From: an uncultured Acidimicrobiales bacterium
GTDB taxonomy: Bacteria; Actinomycetota; Acidimicrobiia; Acidimicrobiales; DATKAS01
Length of the DNA: 64,000 bases
Assembly (NCBI GenBank): GCA_963726695.1
Contig: CAVSDE010000006.1
Coordinates: 245,209 to 309,208 of the forward strand
Direction of reading: 5' to 3'
Part shown: positions 18,684 to 28,721 of the stretch, piece after piece
Layout of the letters: each line of letters opens with the position of its first letter
Numbering within the stretch: the stretch's first letter is position 1
The notes under the pieces: generated by a model
The model's database searches: none
What the model saw: only the letters and a program-made list of their open reading frames with translations
Told to the model about the DNA's origin: nothing
Translations under genes and position numbers: made by a program

Positions 18684-20267
18684 TCAGGCGATCGTGATGA
18701 GCCTGTCCAGCACCTCTTCGAGGAGCGCCTTGCGGGCGTCGGCGGCGTAGTGCTCGAGCGTGATGTCACCCTCGCCCGCGGGCACGAGCTCGATCGTCAG
18801 GCGTTCGCCGTCGTCCTCGCAACGTACGGTCGCGACACGACACTCGTACGAGCGGTCGAGCCCGATCGCGACGCGAAGCAGCGCAGCGAGTGAACGGACG
18901 AGCTGTTGGTCGTCGGGCCACAAGCGAGCGAACGCCTCGTGCTCGGGCTTCGGCGGGCTCTTGCGGTGATAGCGCGCGACCTGGGCGATCATCTCGATCT
19001 CGCGGTCAGTGAACCCGGTGAGCTGCTCGCTGTTGCGGATGACGTAGTACGTGTGCAGGTGGTGCTTCGTGTGCGAGATGAAGAGTCCGACGTTCGCCAG
19101 CAGCGCCGCCGCCTCGAGGTACTCGCGCGCGGCTTCGTCGAGACCGTGCACCGATTGTGTCGCGTCGAACAGAGCGAGCGCGAGCCGAGCGACTTCGCGG
19201 AGTGGTCAGGTCGCTCGTCGCACTGCTCCATGAGGTGCAGCACGCTCGCCCGCGACAGGTCGCGGAGGTGGTGCAACGTGCCGCCCCGTGAGCGCTGCAC
19301 GGTGTCGAGCAGCACGCCCTCCCGCAACGCGTTCTCCGAGACGACGAGGCTTGTGGCCCCGTAGGTGTGCATCACCTGCTCGAGGATGATCGCACCCCCG
19401 AGGATGATGTCGGCTCGACGAGGATCGAGACCGGGGATGTCCTTGCGATTCTCCACGGTGTCGACGCGCATCAGCCTGCTGACGATGTCGTCGAGCTCGT
19501 CCCGAGTGAGCTCGAAGTTGTTGAAGGTCATCGGCGACGACTCGCCTCGACGCGCTGGCTGCCATCTCTGCGAACGCCATGATCGTTCCCGAGCTGCCGA
19601 CGAGCACGTCGAACCCGAGCTCGTGCACCTCGGGCACGAACGGAGCGAGCGTCGACCGGACGAACTGGCGGCACGCGCCGACCGCTGCGGGATGGACGCG
19701 GTCTCCGCCGAAGAAGCGAGCGGTCAGGCGGATCGCGCCGAGCTTGAGGCTGCGCGCGGCGAGCGTCTCGCCTCGTTCTCCGATCAGCAGCTCGGTCGAA
19801 CCGCCCCCGATGTCGACGAGCATCAGCCGCTTGTCGTAGACCGGCACGGCTTGCAGCACCCCGAGGTGGATGAGGCGGGCCTCCTCGATGCCGGAGATCA
19901 CCTCGACCTCGACGCCGGCCTCGTCGTGCGCGCGTCGCACGAATGCATCGTGGTTCTCGGCCTCCCGCACCGCGCTCGTGGCGACCGCACGAATCGCGGC
20001 GCCTTCGGCCTCTGCCACCCGCCGCATGTGGGCCAAGGCACGGATGCCACGTTCCATCGCGTCGGGGTCGAGCATCTTCATGTCCCCGGGACCGGAACCG
20101 AGGCGCACCATCTCCCGCTCTCGCGCGACGACCTCGAAGCGGCCGTTCGCCGCGATGCGTGCGACCACGAGGTGGATCGAGTTCGTGCCGATGTCGATCG
20201 CCGCGAGCACCGTGTCGGCCTCGATCGCCACCTCGATCGCCACCTCGTCCGTCACGTGGTCGCTCAC
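18684..20267 (-). CDS. ppx: Exopolyphosphatase / guanosine pentaphosphate phosphohydrolase (Ppx/GppA), two frame breaks (~19545, ~19200)
   Basis: AAIDIGTNSIHLVVARI...LVDIGGGSTELL (ASKHA N-domain), then ELTRDELDDIVSRL...DPRRADIILGGAIIL, then the HD-type C-domain GLFISHTKHHLHTYYVIRNSE...ARYHRKSPPK. These lie in three frames. Confidence 0.8.
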
Positions 20268-20290
20268 CGGGCCGACGCTACGCTGCGCTC

Positions 20291-20569
20291 GTGATCACAG
20301 CGTTCGTGCTGATCAACGCGGAGCCCTCGCGCATCGCGACCCTCGCACAGCAGCTGTCCGACCTCGAAGGCGTCGGCGAGGTGTACTCCGTCGCCGGCGA
20401 CGAGGACCTCATCGCGATCGTTCGAGTGCAGCATCACGACGACTTGGCCGAGGTCGTCACGCAGCGCATCTCTGCGCTGGAGGGCATCGTCGCCACCCGC
20501 ACGCTCATCGCGTTCCAGGCGTACAGCAAGCACGACCTCGAAGCCATGTGGTCGATCGGCTGGGAGTGA
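20291..20569 (+). CDS. Small Lrp/AsnC ligand-binding (RAM) domain protein
   Basis: VITAFVLINAEPSRIATLAQQLSDLEGVGEVYSVAGDEDLIAIVRVQHHDDLAEVVTQRISALEGIVATRTLIAF. GTG start at 20291. Confidence 0.8.
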   Translation: MITAFVLINAEPSRIATLAQQLSDLEGVGEVYSVAGDEDLIAIVRVQHHDDLAEVVTQRISALEGIVATRTLIAFQAYSKHDLEAMWSIGWE

Positions 20570-20579
20570 GGCACTCCCA

Positions 20580-21345
20580 TTGGCCGGAGTGAGCGAGGCG
20601 AAGGGCAAGTCCTTCGGCGAAGAGGGCGGACGCCTCGACTACGGCACCTACCTCGACATCGAGACGTTGCTCTCGGCGCAGCACCGGCGCACCGAAGCGC
20701 ACGACGAGCTGCTGTTCATCACGGTCCACCAGGTGTACGAGCTCTGGTTCCAGCAGCTCCTGTTCGAGCTCGAGGGCGCGGGACGCGATGCTCGCCCACG
20801 ACATCCCGGCCACCCGCCACCTCTTCCGCCGCGTCCGCGTCATCGAACGGCTGCTCATCGAGCAGATCGACGTGCTCGAGACGATGACGCCGCAAGACTT
20901 CATGGTCTTTCGCTCCGAGCTCGAGCCCGCGAGCGGCTTCCAGTCGGTGCAGTTCCGCGAGATCGAGTTCTTGAGCGGACTCAAGGATCCCCGTTACCTC
21001 GAGCGGGTGCACACGACTGACGCGGAGCGCGCTCGGCTCGCGCGCCGTCTGGCCGAGCCCTCGCTCTGGGACGCGTACCTCTCGTTGCTCGAGCACCACG
21101 GCAACCCCGATCTCACGGAGGTGCTGCTCGACCGGGAGAGGTACGGGCCGCTGTTCGAGCTCTCCGAAGACCTGCTCGACCACGACCAGGCGTTCGCGAT
21201 CTGGCGGGTACGGCACGTGACGATGGTGGAGCGCCAGATCGGCGGGCGACCGGGCACGGGCGGCTCGACCGGTGCCGCCTACCTCCGCAGCACGCTCGAC
21301 CGTCGGTTCTTTCCGGAGCTGTGGGCCGTGCGTGACCGTCTCTAG
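20580..21345 (+). CDS. kynA: Tryptophan 2,3-dioxygenase, one frame break near 20778
   Basis: LDYGTYLDIETLLSAQHRRTEAHDELLFITVHQVYELWFQQLLFELE, then (next frame) ...FRSELEPASGFQSVQFREIEFL...WRVRHVTMVERQIGGRPGTGGSTGAAYL. Confidence 0.8.
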
Positions 21346-21797
21346 TCGCGACCTTCGGCCTCGGCGAACGTCGCGGCCTCGGCTTCCTCGACAGGATCGA
21401 GCGGTCGCATCGCCAGGTCGAGCCCTGACCAGATCGTCTGCGCGGATGGGTAGAAGACGATGGGCACGATGATCGCGACGGCGAGCCCCGCAATCGTGAT
21501 CGGCACGACCTCGATGTGGGGATAGGTGACGATCGCGCCGACGACGATGATCGACAGGAAGATCCCGAACGTCACCACCATGTTGATGGTCGTGCTTCCG
21601 AGCGAGAAGCCCGCGTGGCGGATGAAGCGCATGCCGCAGTGGGGGCAGCGTTCCTCGAGCGTGAAGAACGACCGGAAGACGTGGCGCGCGCCGCATCGTG
21701 GGCAGCGATGCACCAGGCCTCTCAGCACCATGCGGCTGGCGGTGGGTTCGATAGGGGTGGGTTCGGTCACCTCGGGAATGTCACACCCCCCGTGCAT
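21342..21797 (-). CDS. DUF983-like zinc-ribbon membrane protein
   Basis: CPRCGARHVF...CPHCGMRF followed by two TM helices. The start may be the internal MVLRGL (21731). Confidence 0.75.
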   Translation of the reverse strand: MHGGCDIPEVTEPTPIEPTASRMVLRGLVHRCPRCGARHVFRSFFTLEERCPHCGMRFIRHAGFSLGSTTINMVVTFGIFLSIIVVGAIVTYPHIEVVPITIAGLAVAIIVPIVFYPSAQTIWSGLDLAMRPLDPVEEAEAATFAEAEGRD

Positions 21798-21919
21798 GCT
21801 GTCCGCATGGCGATCGTCGACCTCGGGCCACTAGAGTGCCCCGGTTCAATTGAACCCTGCTCCGCGACCGCGGGGCCCCGACGCTGCTGGCGGCGGGTCC
21901 GGAGGGAGGAGTGCTCGTC

Positions 21920-22261
21920 ATGCGAGCCTATGAATTGATGGTCATCGTCGACACCGAGGTGGACGAGCCCGGGGTACAGGCGGTGATCGAGCAGGTCAAG
22001 GAGCAGATCGCGCTCCGGTCCGGCGAGGTCAAGACCGTTGACCTGTGGGGCAAGCGTCGCTTCGCCTACGAGATCGACCACAAGCACGAGGGCACCTACG
22101 TCGTGCTCCAGTTCGTCGCCCCCGGTACGGGGCTCGACGAGTTCGAGCGGTGGCACCGGCTCGCGGACCCGATCGTCCGCCACAAGCTCATCCGCCTGCC
22201 CGATGGCGAGGCCGCGAAGCGCGGTCTGGTCGCGGCGGGCACGCCGGCGTCCGCCGGCTGA
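21920..22261 (+). CDS. rpsF: 30S ribosomal protein S6
   Basis: MRAYELMVIVDTEVDEPGVQAVIEQVKEQI...WGKRRFAYEIDHKHEGTYVVLQF. Confidence 0.95.
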   Translation: MRAYELMVIVDTEVDEPGVQAVIEQVKEQIALRSGEVKTVDLWGKRRFAYEIDHKHEGTYVVLQFVAPGTGLDEFERWHRLADPIVRHKLIRLPDGEAAKRGLVAAGTPASAG

Positions 22262-22280
22262 CCGATCGGGAGCGATCGAC

Positions 22281-22730
22281 ATGGCAGACAACAGCATCAC
22301 CGTCATCGGCAACATCACCCGCGATCCCGAGCTGCGGTTCACCAACAGTGGGCGCCCGCAGGTCTCGTTCGGGCTCGCCGTCAACCGCCGGTACCAGCAG
22401 AACGGCGAGTGGGTCGAGCAGACGAGCTTCTTCAACATCGTGGCGTGGGCTCAGCTCGCCGAGAACGTGAGCGAGTCCCTGAGCAAGGGCTCGCGGGTCA
22501 TCGTCAACGGTCGCCTCGAGCAACGCTCGTGGGAGACCCAAGACGGCGAGAAGCGCAGCGTCATCGAGATCGTGGCCGACGAGGTCGGCCCGAGCCTGCG
22601 CTGGGCGACCGCGAAGATCGAGCGCAACGAGCGCAGCAGCGAGATGGGCGACCGCCCGCGTGGCGGCGGCGGTGCCGGGCAGCAGCCCGCGCCCCCCACG
22701 GAGTCGTACGGAGACGAGGAGCCGTTCTGA
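22281..22730 (+). CDS. ssb: Single-stranded DNA-binding protein
   Basis: [39 protein letters not shown]..., Gly-rich linker, acidic tip GDEEPF. Confidence 0.95.
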   Translation: MADNSITVIGNITRDPELRFTNSGRPQVSFGLAVNRRYQQNGEWVEQTSFFNIVAWAQLAENVSESLSKGSRVIVNGRLEQRSWETQDGEKRSVIEIVADEVGPSLRWATAKIERNERSSEMGDRPRGGGGAGQQPAPPTESYGDEEPF

Positions 22731-23165
22731 TGAAGGCACAGCAGCAGCGCAGGTCGAAGCCGAAGGACACCGGGCGTCGGGTCAAGAAGAAGATCAGCGT
22801 CCTCGCCACGGAGCGCGTCGAGTACGTCGACTACAAGGACGTCAACCTGCTCCGCCGGTTCATGTCCGACCGGGCCAAGATCCGCGCCCGTCGCGTCAGC
22901 GGCAACGACAGCCAGCAGCAGCGCGAGGTGGCACGGGCGATCAAGAACGCGCGCGAGATGGCGTTGCTGCCCTACACCAGCCGGGTCACCACGCAGCGCG
23001 GGCCCCGTGCCGACCGAGGCGACCGCGGTGATCGTGGCGACCGCGGCGATCGCGGTGACCGCGGTCTTCGTCTCGAGTCGTCTGTCGTCGAGGCCCCGTC
23101 CACCGCGCCCGTCGACGCCGATCGAGTCCAACGGCGACGCCGTCGTCGACGTCGAGGAGGCGTGA
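22730..23165 (+). CDS. rpsR: 30S ribosomal protein S18 with an unusual ~60-aa C-terminal extension; probable frame break near 23115
   Basis: The core [52 protein letters not shown] ends where S18 normally stops. The frame then continues through (DRG)6 and has no stop before rplI. A TGA at 23163-23165 in the +1 frame (tail [14 protein letters not shown]) gives the same TGATG junction as ssb/rpsR. Confidence 0.8.
23012..23065 (+). repeat. Six tandem 9-bp codon-level repeats encoding (Asp-Arg-Gly)6 in the S18 tail
   Basis: gac cga ggc / gac cgc ggt / gat cgt ggc / gac cgc ggc / gat cgc ggt / gac cgc ggt. Synonymous variation between units. Confidence 0.85.
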
Positions 23166-23611
23166 TGAAGATCGTGCTCCGCAGCGACGTCTCGAACGTC
23201 GGCAAGAAGGGCGACATCGTCGACGTCGCCGCCGGCTTCGGCCGCAACTACCTGCTTCGCCGCGGCCTCGCGTTCCAGGCCACCGAAGGCGCGACCAGCC
23301 AGGCCACCGCGATGCGCCGCTCCCGCGATGTCCACGATGCGAAGGAGCGCTCGGCCGGCGAAGAGGTCGCGCGGGTGCTCGTGCCGACGATCATCACGAT
23401 CACGGCCAAGGCCGGCGCCGAAGGGCGCCTGTTCGGCTCGGTGACGTCGTCCGACGTCGTCGACGCGGTCGCGACGCAGACCGGCATCGAGCTCGACCGT
23501 CGCAAGCTGCATCTGGCTGAACCCATCAAGACGCTGGGCACGCACGAAGTGCCAGCGCGTCTGCATCCCGAGGTCGAGTTCGCCATCACTGTCGAGGTCG
23601 TGGCGAGCTAG
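23165..23611 (+). CDS. rplI: 50S ribosomal protein L9
   Basis: [36 protein letters not shown]...[16 protein letters not shown]... Confidence 0.95.
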   Translation: MKIVLRSDVSNVGKKGDIVDVAAGFGRNYLLRRGLAFQATEGATSQATAMRRSRDVHDAKERSAGEEVARVLVPTIITITAKAGAEGRLFGSVTSSDVVDAVATQTGIELDRRKLHLAEPIKTLGTHEVPARLHPEVEFAITVEVVAS

Positions 23612-23751
23612 TCCTGCAGCCGGGCCGCACCGGCTGTCCACATGCACCGTTTGTGCACAGGGTGTTCCCCAAGCGCGCCCCCACTCGTCCACCGACAAAC
23701 GCCGGTTCTCCACTGGCGCCCCACAACTCCGTCTCGCGAGGGTGACACCCA

Positions 23752-26700
23752 ATGGCCGACGGTTCCTCCGACACCCCGCGACGACCCGCAGGGGTAGGCC
23801 GGATTCCGCCCCACAACCTCGATGCCGAGGCCTCGCTCCTCGGCGCGATGCTGCTTTCCGCGGGCGCCGTCGCGAGCGCGATCGAGGGCGTCTCCCGTGA
23901 CGACTTCTACAAGCCGGCGCACGGCCACATCTTCGAAGCCATCACGTCGCTCTACGGAGCGGGCGAGCCCATCGATCCGGTCACGGTGGCAGAGGAGCTG
24001 CGGCGAGCGAACCTGCTCGACGCGATTGGTGGCTCGACGGTGCTGGTCGACCTCCAGGCGACCACCCCGGCGATCTCCAACGCCGGTGGCTATGCGCACA
24101 TCATCGAGGAGCACGCGCTCCTGCGCCGGCTCATCGGCGTGGCCGGCGAGATCGCGGAGCTCGGCTACAGCCTCCCCGACGACGTGACGAAGGCCGTCGA
24201 TCGGGCCGAGGCGATGGTCTACGACGTCGCCCAGCGGCGCGTCGCCGACACGGTCGCTCCGATCCACGATCTCCTCGAGGTGAGCCTCAGTCGGCTCGAG
24301 CAGCTCTACGACCGCGGCGAGGCGATCACCGGGTTGCCGACCGGGTACAACGATCTCGACGAGCTGCTCTCCGGTCTGCAGCCGTCGTCGCTCGTGGTCG
24401 TGGGCGCTCGGCCGAGCACGGGGAAGTGCGTCGTGTGGGACACGCCGATCCTCGATCCCGTCACCGGCGCGATGCGCACGGCCGCCGAGGTGCACCGCTT
24501 GGGTCTCGGCGGGCACCCCGTCTCGGTGGCCTCGTTGGCGGCCGACGGCTCGCTGAGCGTGGTCGAACCAGAGGCGTTCGTCGATGACGGCATCAAGCCG
24601 GTGTTCCGCGTGCGCACGCGGTCGGGTCGAGAGGTGCGCACGACGATCAGTCATCCGTTCCTCACGGAGGAGGGGTGGCGCCCGCTCGGCGACCTGGGCA
24701 TCGGCGTCAGGGTGGCAGTGCCGCACGCGCTCCCGTTCTTCGGTCACGACCGGCTGTCTGCGGCCGAGGTCGTGCTGCTCGCCCATCTCGTGGGTCACGG
24801 TCATCGTGTGGCCGGCGGCGCGGTCTTCGCCAACTCGGCGCCGGCGGTGGTCGCGGATCTCGTGGTGCATGCCGATGCGCAGGGTGTGCGGGCGGTGCCC
24901 CTCCCGCGCGGCCACGTCGCGTACCGTGTCGTGGCCAAGACCCGTGCCCGCGATCGCATCGAGGTCGTCGCCGCGCGCCATGGCCTACTCGGCGCATGGG
25001 TCGATCGGGGGCTTCCCGACAGCGTGTTCCGCCTTCCGCAGGATCAGCTCGCGCTGTTCCTCGGTCGTCTGTTCGCCGTCGCCGGGTCGGCCCGAGCGGC
25101 CGCGAGGGGCACGGGCGCGATCCGGTACATCACGACCTCGCGCCCCTTGGCGCACGGTGTGCAGCACCTCCTCCTGCGCTTCGCGATCGCGTCGGCTGTT
25201 CGCGAGAAGCGCGTGTGCGAGGACGGCGTCACGCACGACCTCTTCGAGGTCGAGGTCAGCGATGCCCCGGACATCCGTACCTTTTGCGATCACCTCGAGG
25301 TGCTCGGCCAGGAGCGGACGTTCGACGTGCTGTCTCGACGCGCCGGCGGCCGGGGTACCGGGCTCGCGGTCGGGTGCGCGGGCGAAGTGGCCGCGGGGTC
25401 GTGCCTCCGAAGCGCTCCTAGGTGGCCACGTGCACCATCCGGTCGGGCAAGTGCTCGAGCGCGCACCCGACCTCGCGCGCATTGCAGACGAGCGCGCTGT
25501 GGGACGAGATCGTCGAGATCGAATACGACGGCATGGATCAGGTGTACGACCTGACCGTTCCCGTGACGCACAACTTCGTCGCGGCGGACGTCTTCGTGCA
25601 CAACACCGCGTTCGCGCTCGGCATGGCGGCCCATGCGGCGCTCGAAGCGCAACGGCCCGTGCTCTTCTTCTCGCTCGAGATGGGCCACCTCGAGCTGACG
25701 CAGCGCCTGCTTTCCGCGGAGGCGCGAGTCGACTCGACGCGGTTGCGCAACGGCCGCCTCGTCGAGTCCGACTGGTCGAAGATCGGCCATGCGATCGGTC
25801 GCCTCGCCAACGCGCCGCTCTGGATCGACGAGAACCCGAGCGTCACCGTCATGGAGATCAGGGCCAAAGCTCGTCGCTTGAAGAGCCGTGTGGGCGACCT
25901 CGGCCTGGTCGTCGTCGACTACCTCCAGCTCATGGGAGGACGAGGCGGGGCAGAGAGCCGCCAGGTCGAGGTGTCAGAGATCAGCCGCGGGCTCAAGATC
26001 CTCGCCCGTGAGCTCGAGACGCCGGTCGTCGCCTTGTCACAGCTGTCCCGAGCCCTCGAGCTGCGAGCCGAGAAGCGCCCGATGCTCGCCGACCTTCGCG
26101 AAAGCGGATGCCTCACGGCCGACACGTTGATCACGCGGGCGGACACCGGGATGCGCGTCCCCATCGGCGAGCTCGCAGCGAGCGGTGAGCGGGACATCCT
26201 CGTGTGGACGCTCGACGAAGACCTCAAGATTGTTCCCGGGGTGATGACGCACGCCTTCTCGAGTGGCGCGAAGCCAGTGTTCGAGGTCACTCTCGCTTCT
26301 GGGCGGAGCGTCCGGGCCTCCGGCAACCACCCATTCCTTCGCTTCGACGGTTGGTCGCGAGCCGACGAGCTTCAGCCGGGGGATCGTGTTGCGGTTGCCG
26401 ACGAAGTGTCCCCCGACCCCTGGCATTCTGGGGCCGAAAACCGGCCAAATGTGGCCGTGTTTTCGCCCCAGAAGCTCCAAGTCGCGTGGGACTCGGTGCG
26501 TGCGGTCGAGCTCGTTGGAGCCGAAGAGGTGTTCGACGCGACGGTTCCCGGCACGCACAACTTCCTGGCCAACGGTGTCGTCGTGCACAACAGCATCGAG
26601 CAGGATGCCGACGTCGTGATCTTCCTGTACCGCGACGAGCTGCACAACCCTGACTCGCCCGACATCGGCACCGCAGAGATCCTCGTCGCGAAGCACCGTA

Positions 26701-26777
26701 ACGGACCGACGGGAAAGGTGAAGCTCGCGTTCCTGAGCCAGTACACGCGGTTCGCGAACATGGCGCGCGGAGTGTGA
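23752..26777 (+). CDS. dnaB: Replicative DNA helicase DnaB interrupted by two inteins (frame breaks inside intein 1)
   Basis: Exteins: IPPHNLDAEASLLGAMLLS... GARPSTGK|TAFALGMAAH (Walker A restored on splicing) ...LADLRESG|SIEQDADVVIFLYRDE...AKHRNGPTG. Confidence 0.9.
24427..25604 (+). mobile_element. DnaB intein 1 in the P-loop (GK^T site), with degenerate LAGLIDADG endonuclease region
   Basis: Starts CVVWDTPILDP and ends VFVHN followed by Thr. Length is 1178 nt (not a multiple of 3). The frame changes 1->2 (~25330-25400) and 2->0 (~25492). The LAGLIDADG-like blocks read LLAHLVGHGH and FLGRLFAVAGSA, so both acidic residues are replaced. Confidence 0.85.
26109..26591 (+). mobile_element. DnaB intein 2, 161-aa mini-intein at the RESG^S site (same site as the M. 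tuberculosis DnaB intein)
   Basis: CLTADTLITRADTGMRVPIGEL ... SGNHPFL ... VFDATVPGTHNFLANGVVVHN followed by SIEQDAD. No endonuclease domain. In frame (483 nt). Confidence 0.9.
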
Positions 26778-27277
26778 GTGTCCCGCGCCGAGAAGCTGAT
26801 CGAGGGCTACAAGCGCCAGCTCGCCGAGAAGCTCGGTGCGCCGGTCGCTGAGATCGGCATCTACTCCCGACCGGGCGGCCTGAGCACCGCGCTGGCGTTC
26901 GCGTTCTCCGACGGTGTCGGCATGCTCGGGAGCAGCGAAGGCAAGAAGGCTTCGGGCGGTCTGCCGATGAACGTGATCATGGCGCTCACCACTTCGGAGC
27001 TCGCCATCTTCGAGTACAAGGCGAAGGGCATGGGCGGCACGCTCAAGCTCGGCGACGCGCTGCTTCGTGCGCCCCGAGCGGGCCTGCCGCGGAGATCACC
27101 GGGCAGGGATCCACCGGCGCACGGCTTCGGTTCACTCGCAGCGATGGCGGGTCGTTCGAGCTCGATGCCAACAAGCTGCCCGGCATGGACATCGAGTGGA
27201 ACCTGCGGCTTGTCGCCGCACTCGCAGCTCCGGGGCTTCAGTCGTCTCCCTTGCCGCCGCCTGCTCCGCCTCCGTGA
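26778..27277 (+). CDS. Hypothetical protein downstream of dnaB, one frame break near 27072
   Basis: The GTG start directly follows the dnaB stop. MSRAEKLIEGYKRQLAEKLG...AIFEYKAKGMGGTLKLGDALL continues in another frame as AEITGQGSTGARLRFTRSDGGSFELDANKLPGMDIEWNLRLVAAL...PLPPPAPPP*. Confidence 0.5.
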
Positions 27278-27282
27278 TGCAG

Positions 27283-27981
27283 TCAGTGGTCGAGCGAGTC
27301 GATCAGGTCGGGCAGCTCGAACAGTGAGCTGATCGTGGAGAACGCATACTGGGCTGCCTCTTCGGGCTCGACGTGCTCGAGCGCCCACGTGGTGTGAAAC
27401 GGCACGTGCACCGCGTGCCCGCCGAGCGCTGCGACGGGCAGCACATCAGAGCGCAGCGAGTTGCCGACCATCACGAAGTGATCCGGAGCCACGCCTTCGC
27501 GTTCGATGATGCGCTGGTAGGTCGCGACATCCTTCTCGGACACGATGTTGATGCGGTGGAAGCGCTCCGCGAGCCCGGACCTCGCCAGCTTGCTCTCCTG
27601 GTGGAACAGGTCGCCCTTGGTGATCACCATCAGCGAGTAGCGGCCACTGAGCGCATCGACTGCCTCGACGACCCCGTCGAGCAGCTCGACGGGGTGCGAG
27701 AGCATCGCCTTGCCCGTGGCGAGGATCTCCTCGATCACCGACACGGGCACGTGGCCCTCCGACACGTCGATCGCCGTCTCCACCATCGAGAGCGTGAAGG
27801 ACTTGACCCCATAGCCGTAGGTCGAGAGGTTGACGCGCTCCTTCGCGAGCAGCTTTTGGTCGATGTCGGCGCCGGGGGCGTACGGCCCGACGAGCTCGCG
27901 GAAGCGATCCTGCGTCATCGAGAACTGCAGCTCGTTGTGCCAGAGCGTGTCGTCCCCGTCGAGGGCGACGACTTCGATCAT
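27283..27981 (-). CDS. HAD-superfamily hydrolase
   Basis: Start MIEVVALDGDDTLW (DxD motif), LMVITKGD, VMVGNSLRSDV. Confidence 0.85.
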   Translation of the reverse strand: MIEVVALDGDDTLWHNELQFSMTQDRFRELVGPYAPGADIDQKLLAKERVNLSTYGYGVKSFTLSMVETAIDVSEGHVPVSVIEEILATGKAMLSHPVELLDGVVEAVDALSGRYSLMVITKGDLFHQESKLARSGLAERFHRINIVSEKDVATYQRIIEREGVAPDHFVMVGNSLRSDVLPVAALGGHAVHVPFHTTWALEHVEPEEAAQYAFSTISSLFELPDLIDSLDH

Positions 27982-28049
27982 GTGCGCACGCTCATCGCGA
28001 CAGTGTCGCGCGCGTCTCGGAAGGGGCCGGCGCGGTACCGTCGCATGCC

Positions 28050-28721
28050 GTGTCGATTGCGCCGGGCCTGCTCGCACGGCTGATCGCATGGGCCGCCGTC
28101 GGTGTGATCGTCGTCGCTGCGATGTTCATCGTGCTCGACGATGGCACGCCCGCTCCGAACTCCCCCTCGCACCGCGCCGCGGCCGCCTCGTTTCTCGACG
28201 CGTGGGCGACGAGCAGGGCGAGCACATGGAAGGTCGACGCGACCTTCGAGCGGACTCCTGCGAGCGGCACGGGCAAGCTGTCGAGTCCGCTCGAGATGGT
28301 GCAGCGTCCTCCCGAGCGGCTCACCCGGCAATTCGGGTCGGTCACCGGCCTGATCGACGGCAAGGACATCGGTTGCGCTCCCGGGCCGGACGGCACCGTC
28401 AAGTGCCGAAGTGGTGGCGCGCTGAACTACGACGACGAGGTCGCCACCGAGCTGAAGCGACTCGGGACCTACGTCTCGGGGCCGGTGCCGATCTACGCGG
28501 TGTCGGTGGACGGGCAGGGGTGCTACCGCCTCGATCGTCAGATCGAGTACCTCTCGCCGCCCTACGGCGACCATGCGCGCTTCTGCTTCGACCCGAAGAC
28601 CCACGCGCTGGTGAAGGTCGAGGTCGTACGGCCGGAAGCGACAGACATCACGACGGCTGTGCAAGTGACCGGGGATGTCGCGGATGCCGACCTTGCGCTT
28701 CCGGCGCCGATCGACGGCTGA
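28050..28721 (+). CDS. Hypothetical membrane-anchored/secreted protein
   Basis: Intact 223 aa. N-terminal TM LLARLIAWAAVGVIVVAAMFIV, then a soluble domain with paired Cys residues. No family recognised. Confidence 0.6.
   Translation: MSIAPGLLARLIAWAAVGVIVVAAMFIVLDDGTPAPNSPSHRAAAASFLDAWATSRASTWKVDATFERTPASGTGKLSSPLEMVQRPPERLTRQFGSVTGLIDGKDIGCAPGPDGTVKCRSGGALNYDDEVATELKRLGTYVSGPVPIYAVSVDGQGCYRLDRQIEYLSPPYGDHARFCFDPKTHALVKVEVVRPEATDITTAVQVTGDVADADLALPAPIDG

Noticed and set aside
23012-23065. Nine-bp tandem repeats considered as a CRISPR-like or satellite element
   Set aside because: They are in frame within the rpsR tail, with synonymous variation (codon-level DRG repeats). There are no spacers, so this is not a CRISPR array.
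23634-23659. DnaA-box-like nonamers cTGTCCACA and TTGTgCACA upstream of dnaB (possible origin or DnaA-regulated promoter)
   Set aside because: Only two imperfect boxes are present, with no AT-rich unwinding element. Actinobacterial oriC lies at dnaA-dnaN. At most this is a weak regulatory site.
22451-24981. Long minus-strand ORFs (433 aa and 457 aa) opposite ssb-rpsR-rplI-dnaB
   Set aside because: They are antisense shadows of highly conserved plus-strand genes. They have no motifs and are arginine-rich.
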